A stretch of DNA of 64,000 nucleotides, from assembly GCA_028534125.1 (NCBI GenBank), contig CM052832.1, forward strand, positions 7,628,001 to 7,692,000, in the 5' to 3' direction. A model generated the notes under the pieces. The model saw nothing but the letters and a program-made list of their open reading frames with translations, did no database searches and was not told the origin of the DNA. A program made the position numbers and the translations under genes. Shown piece after piece: positions 1-13,020 of the stretch (position 1 is the stretch's first letter; each line of letters begins with the position of its first letter). The stretch comes from Lama glama. Taxonomy: Eukaryota.

Positions 1-1837
1 GTTGCTTCATTCTTCAGGTTTTTTATTTTTAAAAAGACTGGAAAGATCACTTGAGAATCATCTTGGTTGATGACATTATTGTGTGTCTGTGTGTGTGTAT
101 ATTCATTCCTCCATGTCTCACCTGATAGTCTTAATACTCAGGTACTGCTGCTTTTATAATCTAAGATTTTAGTAGATGGTCAGAAATGTACTTGAAACTA
201 GGTTCAGATATAGTTTAAGCGAATTTTTACCTAATGAACATATAACTAATATTTTTTAAACTACTAATGCAATTTTAAAATGCTTAGTTTAAATAGATCT
301 GGAAAATAGAGAACAAATAAGCCATAATCTAGAAGGTTCACTTAGCCACTGCCAGAGCAGACGGGCAAAACCAAGAGCAGACGAGAAAGAGCTTCACCAC
401 AGAGGGACACTGAGCTTTCATCACTCCTCGGAAACGACCCATGCTGAAAGGCCTGCTCCATTACCTGGAGCTCTGAGAATGTGCCCAGCCTGCAGGACTG
501 AATATGCATACTCCATTTCATATCATGAGTAGTAGGATCCTGCAGACGCAGTTTCTTGGTATATATTGCAATACAGAAATCTACCTTTTAAAGTTAAAAA
601 TTCTCATTGAAGTGGGATAGATGTGCAGACGGCATATGCTAACAGTGTGAATAGCTGCCCTGGCTCCCATGTACCCTCGGCTGCTAAAAGGAGGTGCTCC
701 TGATGCTGAGGCCCCTGGTGCTCACTCCCTGAGATGACCTTTCTGCTGCCTGGGCTTTGAGCTGTGGCTCCTAAGAGCGAGGGGGCATGTGGGCTGCCTC
801 TATAGCAACCATAGGCTGAGACTAAATTTTCATACAGAAAGGCTGAGCTGACTCACATCCAATATACAGTTCCCTTGTAGGCTAAGATGGCATGAACAAT
901 TCGTTCATATTTATGAAACAGAGATTTAGTCATGGCAGCATGTCATTCTGAACCTGAACTGCTTGCCTAATATGTATAAATGTGATATCTAACGTAGAAT
1001 ACTTGTAACTTGATTGATATATAGCCAGTTCCCAATTTGGAGAATTAAAATGACAACCAGTAGGTTACATGGAAACTTAATTCCAGCATCAATCAGTGAA
1101 CCAAGAAAAATCTGCTTTTGGTGAGGCGCCGTTCCGTCTTCTGCTTACGACTTCTGAAATAATTTTGTACAGATTTACAACACAATCCACTTCAGGAATA
1201 CAATTATTGTAGAAAGAATTGTGAGTTCTTCACCTTGGGGATGAATTGGAGTGATGGAAGAAAGGAGTGATTAAAGCCACATTAGGTGGAGGCAGGGCGG
1301 GGAAGAGGGCAAACCCTGCTTTGTACTGAGTAGCTGCTGGAGTGGAGAGGACAGCGGCCAGGGTAGCAGAAACTTCAGTGTCCTGCCGCTCACATGAGCG
1401 GACACAGTTAGAATCCACCCCTCCCAACTCAGCCAGTTAGAGCAGTCCTGTCTTTGGCACGCCGGTTTTAATTGGTGACTTCTTTCTTTTCTGTGTTGTC
1501 ATGTATTCTCAGTCCTATGCAGAAGATCAAAAGAGAGTATCATACCTAGGAGATTCATTTTCCTGAGGTTAAGCTATGAATTAGATTTTTTTGCAACTGT
1601 TCCCCACCTCTGTATACCTGACCTTCTGTATGCACATGCTAAAGAACATGTAAAGAGGCTAAGTTACTTTCTGCTTATTATTTTTCCTAAATGATTCTGA
1701 AAATCACTTCAGACTATGATTTGTAGTCATTGTTTTAGAGTTCTTGGGCAACCTGGAGTGTCCTGAGTCATTCTGATGCTTGTCATCTCATCCTGCCCTT
1801 TTCCTCATTGTAGTCGGTATTGTGTGAGGTTATATTG

Positions 1838-2075
1838 CCTGGTATTTAAGACTGTTGATCCTAGAGCCAGATGGCCGGGATTCAGATCCCAGCTCTGCAG
1901 CTACTAGCTAAGTAGCCTTAAGGAAGTTTCTTAACCTCGTGATGGCTCAGTTACCTCATCTGTAGAATGGGTTAAATAGTAGCACACGCCTCGGGATAGA
2001 ATTCTATCATGATAGGTGTCGGAGATAGCGCTCTGAACCCGACTGTGGTGAGCTCTTAATGTATTCTGTTAATCA
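1838..2075 (+). mobile_element. MIR SINE
   Basis: MIR core: ggattcagatcccagctctgcagctactagct...aagtttcttaacctc...ctcagttacctcatctgtagaatggg. Confidence 0.8.
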
Positions 2076-4464
2076 CAGTGGGACTAAGAGTAGCAGTAGT
2101 GCCTGCAGTGTACTTTCTAGAAGGTATCAGATAAGAACACAAATGACTAAAGTAGAAGCCATTCCCCCACACCCAGCCACACAGACACACACACACAGGC
2201 CTCACCTTGTAATCCCAGAAGAAACTAAAACTTGTATAATAATGTGATTTCTTTACAGACTAGTAGTTTATACTGTTAAAATTTAAATATTATTTAAAGA
2301 TGATTGTTCCTGAGAATAAATAAATGTTCATTTTCACTTTTTGAATTAATCGTGGTAAAGAACATCAATGGATTTTTTAATCACCATTGTCACATTAAAA
2401 AATACAGCCTCAGTAACTGAGTGTGCACAGATACCACTTGATTTTTGCAAACTAGCTAGATTTCGCAGACTGGCTGCTGTGAAACAGAAGTCTAGGGAAC
2501 AAATGGCATGGCCTCAGATTTTTGAAGCTTCATCAAATTCAGTTTATATAAAGTTTTTGTATAAGTTATTGAAAAGTTTTCAGAGACTGGATGTGTAAAT
2601 CAAAGTTGGTGATAATTTTTTCTAATAAATTACTAACCTCATTTTTCCTCAGTTTTAAAAATTTCTTCATTTTACTGTTTATGAAAGTAATGCTAGTATG
2701 TGAGAAAATTAAGAAAATATAGAAAAGTAAAGGATAAAATAAAACTTACATTAAGAAGGGCTTCGGAGCCCAGAAAAAAAAAGTGTAGCAAAGCTTTAAA
2801 TGAATTGTCCCAACCAGAAAATTAATTGGTATTTGTTTTAGTTGAATTTGATTGTTTAATTGAGGAGTATTTTCTTGTAGCCTAAAAATTCAAATGCTTT
2901 TGGTAATTTTTTTTTCAGTTCTTAGAATTTACTTGTGCAGGTCTAGAAGGAAAAAGCATTTTTAAATTTTGTGACCTTTTAAGTCGACAGAGTGGGTGTT
3001 TGTAGGTAGAGCGTTTTGTTTTTTCTCTCAGAGGAAGTTCCCCAAAGAGGAACCCAGTGTACTGTGCTGTGTGTCATGAAAAAGATAGCCAGACGTACAT
3101 TTAATGTAGATCCTCGCTATATGCCAGCAGGGGTGGTGCCCACGGTTACCTGCTCTGACACGCAATCCCAGCCCTCAGTGAGAAGTGCTGGAAATGGCCG
3201 ATAGAAAACCAGCTCTATAATTTTGAAAGCCAGAGAAAGCAAACTGTGTTCACCGAGTGGGATGACATAATCCAGTATGTAATGCTTAAATATATTTTAG
3301 TTTCTCCTGAGAGCTAGTCACAGTAGAAAAATATCTCAACCCCCTGAGCTTACATATTATCAGCTGGCTTTCTATCAAAGTAGAGTAGCAAGAAAATAAA
3401 ATTTCGCATTTAAGCATGATCATTAATCTAAGTAGTACCTTCAGTGTATCGCTTCAGTATTCACTCAGCTGTCTTAAACTGTGAGACAGAATCACAGGAT
3501 TTTAAAACAGGCCAAGACTTGAGAGAGCCAGTTAGTCTCAGTCTCAGAGAGTCTTTGCCACGTACCCAGCGGCACTTAGTGACCGCCCAGGCTGACCCTG
3601 GGATCCAGCCTTCTGACTCGGCTGCCCGCTCTTCCGCTGTCTGGCCGTGCCACGCGCTTGGAGGTGTGTGTACCTGTTAGGGTGCTAGGGACGCTCTCAT
3701 ATCCCTGGTTCTTCGGGAATGTTTGCAGTAGACAAATAAGGATCGAAAATAAGAAATTTCCTTTAAGAATTCCTCACATTAAACTTTTAAAAACCAAAGT
3801 GGCATAGCAGATTGCTGTGACTGTTTCTATCTAGAATTTCACCTTCATGAATAATTCTTATCGCTTGAGTCCATTAGCTCTGTCTACATTTTATGTGTTC
3901 AACCTGGAAAATTAAATGTCACAAAGATTAGGATAATTTTCAAACATAAATACCAAGTAGAAATTGGGTATTCTTAAATATTTGTATTTTTACTACAAGT
4001 GAAAATTTCTCGATAATTTTTTAGAAGTACTATATCTGTTATTATACATTGGGGCCAAGTACCTTTTTATAATTGGGGGCCGCTGCTTCTCAGAAAAAAA
4101 ATTAACATATGGCATATTTACCACATAAGAATAACCTCACAGTGAGTGTTCTCTAGAAAAAATGTAAAATCTTTAATTTAGTTTTTAATTTTAAAATAAA
4201 GTGGAGCAAAAATTTCAGTTACAAAATTTATGATGTCAAGAGTATATGAACTAATGGTTTCTCTAGGTCAGAAACAGTTGAATGTCAGAAATTTTATATG
4301 GTTTAACTACATGGTGTTCAATTTAGGATTAGGGCGAGAATGTTTGAAATATGGGAGGAAAGACATTGGAAGAGTTTGGGAGAGAAGATTATTAGAATCT
4401 GAGAACAGTGGTGTTTGATCAAATAATAACTTATAAAATTTTTTGAAGAAACTTTTCACCTGCA

Positions 4465-4560
4465 TTCTGTTATTTACTCTTACAAAAGCAAGATGAGGGT
4501 TATTATCCCCACTTTATAGATAAGAAAACTGACATTTAGAGAATTAAGAAACCAGCTTAA
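4465..4560 (-). mobile_element. MIR fragment
   Basis: ttattatccccactttatagataagaaaactgac...agagaattaag is the reverse complement of the MIR core. Confidence 0.7.
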
Positions 4561-7500
4561 GTATTGTAAGTATCAGGGCTCTCTGTATTGGACAGGAGCT
4601 AATTACTCTGTGGTTCACTGGGACCACAGGCTTCAATGAATTCTCTCACTAATCCTCCTCATTAAATTCCTCTTTGCAGACTGGCTTCTATTCTTAACTC
4701 TTTAAGTGGTCTTATCCTGAAAATATAAGGTAGCATTTCCTAAACCACACTGTGTGGAAGACAGGTGTTCCAAGAGGTATTAAAAGATGCTCTGTAAGAA
4801 GAGGGCTTCTTTCTTAAATATTTGAGAAAATCTGTACGTTAACACCGTACAAGATCCACTCTTCAAATCTCATTCAGTAAGAATAGTGAGGTTGTTTCAA
4901 AATCAGAGTTAAGTTGTAACATTATATTCATCGCAGTGTACACTTGATTTCCATATTTTATTTTATGCACACAACATTGAGGCTTTCTGGCTCAGAAATA
5001 TAGCCTTTTTTAATAAGGCTGTACGGAGACTTGCAAAAGTCTTGGCTCAGAAGAGAAATAGTAAGAATTTTTTGCTTTAAAGATGTTTCACTGACAATAT
5101 CTAACAAGTGGTCACATTTTTAAACTGATGATGTCTAGAGGGAATCAATATATGGATTTCCTATCCAGCATAACTCTTCATGGTTTTCTGGAAAATATTT
5201 TTAAGGTATCTTCAAACATTGTAAGCTATTCAAAGGTGTCATAAAGAAAATGTCAGTCACCAGAAGACCCTTCCCTGAAAAATACCAGTTTAAGGTTTCA
5301 GAGTCAAATTTATTTGCTTTGCCTGTGGAACCCAGATTTGGTGAATTCATTTCTGATCCTTTTTCTGCTCTTGGAAGCACAGCATCTTAATTCTGTATTG
5401 CCAGACAGAGTTGGCACCATCCTGCTGTGTTGTAAAACTGTTTAGTTAATATTTTTTTAATCGTCAGGGAGAATGCGGGGAGGAGGGAAGAGAGATCTTA
5501 TGTTATTTGAACTTTCTGCAGCAACACTTTAAATTGGGGCAGCCAATGAATTTTGTTTAAAAAGGAGTTATCCAGCTCTATTTTGAAAACCTATTAACAG
5601 CTGGTATGACTCTTCAGTAAACAGTGGCTATTTAAACACATTTCCTTCTTTCTGCCTTCACTTTTATATCAACAGTGAAGCCCTCTCGGTTAGTCCGTCA
5701 CAGGCTACACATCCTAAGGTGATACACTCACGTGCACAGTTTTACATAGAATATTTATTTGGGCTGCTTTAGATATCAAAAAACAAAACTATCAGGCCAG
5801 AATTCCAACATGTAACTTCCTAATCAACAAAACATTTACAGGAAGTTCAAGTGTACAGCACAAGATGACAGAACTTTTATTTTGAGTAGCACCAAAATTG
5901 TAAATGGTGATTCAGATCAGACATCGATGAGGCCCCTAGAAATCCTGCAGGGAATCCTAGAGTTTTCAGGAACATGATTAGAAAAGGAGAAATTTGTGTT
6001 CCCTCATGGGGAACATGGACTTGAAGTAGTTCAAAAAGGAAACGTATCTATATTGGTTGTAAAAGGCAGGCTCTGTCTTGGAGAACAGAGGAAGCACTTG
6101 AGCACGAGTGCAAGGAAAGAGGAGTAATTGACAGACAAAGGGGAACTTTTTCAACAGAATATTCTAAAAGGACCAAATCTTGACATTTGAATGTGTTATT
6201 ATAGTTTCTAGGTTTTTGCCATCTTCTGAGGGAATGGATATAGAATGGAAAAATATTTTGAGTGACTCCCAAACGGAAATTTTTTCTTCTTACAAAAAAA
6301 AAATCAGAGGATTCTTTTAACTCATAAATTCCTGAAAGCAGCAAAAAGATTAGTTGGGAAAAACTAAGCTGAGATATTTCTAAACTTAAAAAATTGCTCT
6401 AAAAGTGACAAGAAATTCCTTAAAAGTCTATAAATAAGAAGACTGTAAACAATGAGTCAGACATAAACTCAGTATGTTAAATTACTCGTGTTCACCTAGC
6501 AAAAATACTGTTTAAATTGTTCAGGTAATATTTTATATTTAAACTAGAAGGATGTTAGAAAAGAACACATTAGTTTTATTGAAATAGATTCTTTATTAAC
6601 CATTTCCAGAAACATCTAACAGTCATAAGTATGTTTTGTTTAAGTGAAACATTTGTGTACTGTTTTATTGATAGTGTGATGAAAAGCCCTTCCAGACAGC
6701 CGTGATGAGAGCCTGTTGGACTGGAGATGATTTACTTTTTGGTGATTTCTCAAATAGTATTATATACTTTAGTCACACAAATATAATCACTGAACTGTCA
6801 TTTAATTTGCTGACGCAGTTGCAGAGTTAATCGCACAACATAATAAGTGGATTGTTTTAAATGGAAAATTTACACCTTCCAAAAATGAAACTGATACCTT
6901 GCCCTTAGTGTACCCAGCATATATTTAAGGCTGTATCCAAGGTAGGAGAAATACGCAGGAAAAAAATAATTATGCCTTGTTTTCCTGACTGGTGTTTTAA
7001 TTATGATTTGATTTAAGCCAAATCCCTTAGGCTATGTAGGCACAGATCAAATATTCCACTCCCACACACCGCCTCTGCATGACCCCAAGCTGTGAGAAGA
7101 GAAAATTCATAGCCCATATGTCAGTCAGATGTTAGTTCTTGCCCTGGCACCTGGAGAGGCTCTCCCACCTGATTGCAGGGCGTTTGCCGTTCTGGGCATG
7201 CACCCAAAATGTGGAGTAGGCTCTCCAGATCTGGAAATATTTTGGCTGATTAGTTGGCAGAGGTCATGAGGGCAGAGCCCAGTGTCAGGCTCTGCATTTG
7301 CCCAGGTGCATTCAAGGTGACAGTGGGGCAGCTGTGCCCCTGGTGGAAATACCAGGGAGGGAGTATTTGAGTTGACTCTCTGGCTCCCGAGGTTCAGAGA
7401 CTGGCCTACAGGTTCCTGTCAATTCCAATTCAAACACTTCTGCAGATTTTATAGTTTCCAGTAGAGAAGTTAGAGACTCTATTTCTGGCTCTGATTTAAT

Positions 7501-9125
7501 CCTGCATTCCTGATCTAACCTAAAACACCCATTCCCGTATTCTAGACTAATTAGGTAAGAGCCCAATATGTTAATAAGTTATAGTTGACAAGCATTCCTC
7601 ATCCAAGCAAGCTTTCGGTTTAAAAAAAAAAAAAGAGCGAGGAGAAGAGAAGAAAAAATAAGAGAGGGAAGGGGGAAAGGAGGGTGTACTTTTCTCTGAA
7701 GCCATCATCTAAAGAAGACAGTGTTGGTGTTGATCCTCATGTGGGTAAACTCACTTCGCTGCCATGTTTGGAGGCAGCGGTATCTTTCATCCCCTCAGCC
7801 ATTTGGTTAATGGTTAAAATTACAAATGCCTTAAGAAGGCAGAGCAAGGAGCAGGGCTGTGTACTGATCTAAGTCAGTCTGTCACCAGCCACTGCTGGAA
7901 GAGCCATTCACAGTGTCTGCCTTGCTGATAGGATGGAGCCACCCTTCACATACACAGGCCAGCACGCACTTTCTGAGTTGGCACTAGGGGGTAACAGTCC
8001 ATTTGGCAGACTCCGCATTGGTATGATTGAATTACGCATGATTTAGAAGCCAGAGGGCCAGTGTTAATGCCCCTGCGTGTCCTGAGATCCTTAGAACTCT
8101 GGTGTCTCCTTTTATTAAGTCAATATCAATTGCCAGGCGTCGTGTTAGAAATCTGTTGATGGGGGTGTGGTAGATGGACATGAGTAGCTGGATGTCTAAC
8201 ACAGCAAAGGAGTCACGCATGTACACAGAGCCATGTGGTTGGCGTGGTAACCGCGGGGTGGACACGGCGCCTCCGGTACAGAGACCAGGCCGCGACCTGC
8301 CTATGAAAGTCAAGGAAGCTTCGTCGGGTCACTAGCATTTGAACTGAGTTCATGAGACAGGGTGAGGGAAATGAGTAAGAATTGCGAAAAAATGATTCAG
8401 GCAGAAAGAAGAGCAGGAATAAAACGAGGGGGGTGGAATAGATGTAGGAAGGCAGAGTAGCTCTTCAGGCCAAGATGAGGAACTGAGTCTGGAGGACGTT
8501 GAGAGCAGATGAAGCATCAGAGGTTGGCTGGTGACAGATTGAGAGGGACTTTGAATCCCAAGCCAGTTTACATGGACTTTATGACGTAGGCCAGCAGTTA
8601 CATAACCGTGCTCTGCAGAGACCACAAATTATTTTAGAGGTGTTCTGCAAAATAATGAAGTATTTTCCCTAAATAGTGCAGATTAGTTCTTATCTCTGAT
8701 CTATACTGAGTTTTCAGCAAGATTTTGTTTGAAAAATTTCTTTTTAAACAATGGATATAGTCATCAAGGAGCTATGTTAGAGTTTTTGAGCAAGGGGTTG
8801 ATAGGAACAAATCCATATCGTGAAAAAAAAAATGCAGCTGATGGTATGGAGGATGGTGTGGAGTTTGTCATTTGGGTCAATGCATAAAATAGAAAATTAC
8901 AAGTAGTCTCAAGAATAAATTCAGTGCTCAATACATAAAGAGAATTTGCATAAAGTGTAAAGATTCAAGAAGAAAACTAATTTCAAGGGAATTTTCTTGG
9001 GGGCAGGGGGGGAACGCAATGCATAGTTTACCTGAACCTAAAAAAACAAACAAACCAACCAAAAAAACCACAGACATTCTAGCTTTCTGTTTGAACTTCT
9101 GGGGTGTGTTTATATACATGACCAG

Positions 9126-9225
9126 AAAGTCCCTTCTCTCGCCTTCTGAAACGGCCTACACGCTATGTAGTATGTATCTATCTCTCTAAATAAATCTACC
9201 TTTACACACACACAAAAAAAGTCCC
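9126..9225 (+). mobile_element. Short 5'-truncated retro-insert (probable ERV LTR R-region retrocopy) with A-rich tail and TSD
   Basis: AAAGTCCC direct repeats at 9126-9133 and 9218-9225 flank ~84 nt containing AATAAA (9189-9194) and an (AC)n/A tail. Confidence 0.55.
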
Positions 9226-11454
9226 ACATACTGTTACGCTGTTTTGATGAACAAATTGACTTTCTAAGCCGTTAATGAATTTGGTCATGCATTCCTGAAA
9301 GATGAGTATAATCTAACCAGATTTTGACCTTTTTTCATCATTAAAGCCATGCCTACGATAGCTTTGTGTGAGTATAAATTCCAAAGCATCATTTTTCTAA
9401 ACTTTGATTAGTGGCTTTCATCTCTCTGTGAACCCATTATCTCCAGCACCCTCCACCCCTAGAAAAGAAACACTAAGGAAAGGAGTGAGAGCATCACTGG
9501 CTCTGACACCGGCTTTCAGAGGATCGATGGAGTGATAGGTCACTAGTCGTTTTTCCTTGTTTTAACAGAAGTCCAGTCTTAGTGTTTGTAGTGATGCTTC
9601 TAAGTGGGGACGCGCTGTGCACAGCTCATCCCTCCCGTGTGCTTACTCCTCAACAACACTTCCATCTATGAGAAGCTCCGTCTCAGTTTCAGACGTTTCG
9701 CCCTTCCCTGCTCCGAGTCCCTCCTTCAGATTTATGAAAGAAAACATTTCTTTCTGTGAAAGGTTTTTGTACACCCGCATCTGGAAGTGTTTATTTCAGT
9801 GGCATGTAAGCTATCTGTGGATTTAGTTAGCACCAGACCCCCTTTTGTGTACTCCTGCCTTAGAAATGTTATAAATGATCTTATTGAATTTGTGCCAGTG
9901 TGCACATGGTTTGGCTGATTGCTACATATATCCTTTACCTGCCAGTCACCTTTGATTTATGTTCCTTCTGCTAAGCTTTTCCCTTCCAAAAATGGTGCCA
10001 CTGAACTGTCCTCTAAATCATCTTATTGGTTAAATTACTCCAAGACGAGTTGGTATGTTTCTGGTTGCCTCTAGACAGATGAATTTATATTTTTCTGCCC
10101 TTACCCACTTCTAGTAAAGCCATGTTGTATGGAGGAGGACTGGACACGTGAAGTCATCGATCTCTTTATTCCAAATGAATACCGTCTGAAACACTGTGCA
10201 GCTCACAACTGAAGTGACAAAGAAGTGTTCTGTAGCATCCACCTCTGTTCTGAGACCTCCTTTTGCACATAAGTCTGTGTCTTGAACTCACTTGGATGTG
10301 GGGACTTTTCATTTCTCAAAACAGGGGAAATAAAGTCCCTCAAACAAAATAAAGTAAATTTCATCAGAAAGATCGAGTCTTTGTAGGCTTTACAAAGCTT
10401 TACTAAACTTGTGAGTTTTATGATGTTTCCTGGAGAAAAGCAGGTGGCTTGGCAGTTATTTTAAATGTTGGCTATTTGTGGTAGTGGTTTCGAGGGGTTT
10501 CATGTTTCTAAAGAGAGATCCTAAAAAGCTCATTCTTAAGAGCATTTGAAAAAATGATGCATCATTTTGAATTAATTTTCTGGATGTTCATTGGTCACTG
10601 AATATGCCATTTAACTTGATCTTGCAGGTCACCATCACCACTGGGGCAACCTTAATACTTAACAGTGAATTTGCTAACTAGGAAGCCAGTACTTTGCCGA
10701 CAGAGCATGGCAATACTTACAGAATTTTTAAAATAGCTTTTAGACATACAGATATCTCAGTTAAAATAGCTTTGCAAAGAACTGCTGTTTTTCTGTTCTA
10801 TATGATGACAGAGGAGTATTTTAAATGTCATGATTGTTCTTACAATGGTATGCAGGCATTTCAAGTACTTGGATTCCACAGATGTCAGTGTCATACTTCA
10901 CAAACTACTGTAAGGAAAGAACAGAGCATCTAGGCTCTTTTTCTGTGGTTCCACCAAGCCCAGAGGTATTTATTCCCAAAAAACTCGGGAGGCTTCATTT
11001 CTACTCCTATAACTTGATACGGAGCTCCCTGTGTTCTGCCAAGGGGCTACATGTCTCAGGAACGCGTCCGTGAGTCAGTCATGATCCCAACACACTTTTC
11101 CAAGAAGCATCACATGAGGGACTGCTGCTGTTAGGAGATAGAGTCGGAGATGTGAGCACTGTATTTCCATTAAGATGTCACTTTTATTTACATATATATA
11201 TGTATGTGTCTGTGTATAATCTTTAAGATAGGTATAATTGGTATGTGTATGTGTGTGTCTCATTTAAAAAGATTATCTTCTAAGGGTTTTAAATATTCGA
11301 TATCGTTTAGTCATTACGACAACCTAGAAGGTAATACGATTATCAGTATCCTCAATAAACAGTAAAAGATTGTCTTAAATGAACCGAAAATTTCACTGAC
11401 GCTGTTTCATGTAAATCACCATTTTACATTCACTCTCCCGTCTTTGATGGTCTG

Positions 11455-11590
11455 AGTCAGATGACTTGCCTGAGCCTCAGTTGAATCATTTGTGACAGTA
11501 AGCGGTGTTCAGTAAGTATTTTGTAATAGCACTTGGAAGCTCCTAGCACAGAGCCTGGAATGTAGAGCGTGCTTCCCACAATGCACACAG
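11455..11590 (+). mobile_element. MIR fragment
   Basis: tgacttgcctgagcctcagttgaatcatttgtga...gctcctagcacagagcctggaatgtagagcgtgct. Confidence 0.55.
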
Positions 11591-12879
11591 AATGTTTTCT
11601 TTTGAAATACCATCATCCTGACAGAATGCAGAAGTGGAGACGGCAGGGCCAGTTTGCCAGCAGTGCCCTCCTGAAAAGTGCAGAGGGAGGCCCAGCCCGG
11701 CGTGTGAGTGTGGGGTGCAGGCCCAGACGCACTGATGGGCTTCTTTGGAGCCTTCAGAGAATTCCCGAATGTTTTTGCGTCCATTTTCACATGCATAAAA
11801 CGGGTAATAGTGTGCTCTTTACAGTTTGTATCTTGACAGCCACGACCGCCGGACTCCTCTCCTGCCCCACGTCTCTGCCCTCGTGTGGGCAGACAGGCCC
11901 AGGCTGAGGCCCACTGTACTTCCGGCGGCGGTGGCATTACTGACCACATATGGGAAGTGAGGCTTAGATGCAGAAAGAGTATGGTAAAAAGATGAAACGC
12001 TACAGAAATTGTGGGTTGCAAAAAGTGACTGCCAAAAGCTTTTCCAGGAATGAGAGCTTTGAGAAGTTGGAAGCTTTAGATTGAAAGGAAAGAATGGAGG
12101 ATCCAGTGCACTGCAAACTGGCTTTAATGATAAGTTTCCAACTTGAGGATCAGGGAAGGACCTTACCTAGAAAGGTTCCTACTCTTGCTTTCGCTGATTC
12201 CTAAACTTCTATTAGTGGAGAGTCATTGTCCTCTCTTAAAATATGTTTTGTATCCATGTGAAAAATTTCATTTCAGATATCTAGGTGAGAGGATTCATAT
12301 GCAGCAGAATTGTCCGGTGGTGACTACTATGGTCTCGGTCCTCTCTCCCTGTCCATTTCAGTAGGAGCTTCTTACTTGAGTTATTCAAGACAAGTGAGAA
12401 TTTATACTGTTTCCAAAAACCTCCTAAGAATTGAAACCTATACCCAGGTTATTCCAGCATCAAGCCATTGCACACTTTTCTTCCAACCTAAATTGAAATT
12501 TTTTCTTTACTTCTCCTTCGTGGAAAGAAAAATACTATAATGTTATATGAACAAACTCTCTGAGGCCCTGTCTAATTTTGGTAGCAGTATTTCTCACACT
12601 TGCTTGGGAGAATTTTGTCGCTGTCTCCGCTTTCATCTCCAGACAGCTTCTGTACGCCCACACTCCTCTCAGAGGTCAGGGGCTAGAGAAGGAGTCCTTT
12701 TCAGACTTGGGTAGATCTGGGCCCAGGGAGCTTCTGGTGATGTGGGGCCTAGTAGGAGAGTCAAGATTCCATCTCTTTATTTCCTTGACTTTCTCTGAAC
12801 TGTTTTCTCCTTTTGAGCCAGATTCCAAACATTAACCCACTTGCCCCAAGGTGCTTCCTGTTTCCTGGTCTGATCAGAA

Positions 12880-13020
12880 CCTACTGAGGACCTGTCTCCA
12901 GGTAGACTGAGGGACTGTGTTTAATCACCTTGGCATCTCCCTCAGTGAAGTACAGTGCTTTTTGTTTATTTGGAGCTCAACATAAAAGGATGAATGGAAG
13001 GTCAGATGGATGAAATGATG
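12880..13020 (+). mobile_element. L2 3' end fragment
   Basis: gagggactgtgtttaatcaccttggcatctcc...acagtgc...gctcaacataaaaggatgaatgga resembles the L2 tail. Confidence 0.55.

Noticed and set aside
1173..1220. 48-nt exon candidate ending ATT|gtgagt
   Set aside because: Weak pyrimidine tract and no recognised peptide
3030..3100. Exon candidate reading GSSPKRNPVYCAVCHEK
   Set aside because: Good acceptor but no convincing donor and no recognised protein
6675..6760. C/D snoRNA (two TGATGA boxes)
   Set aside because: No terminal stem or properly placed CTGA box identified
11509..12021. 170-aa minus-strand ORF and overlapping 112-aa ORF
   Set aside because: No recognisable domain, partly overlaps a MIR, low-information composition
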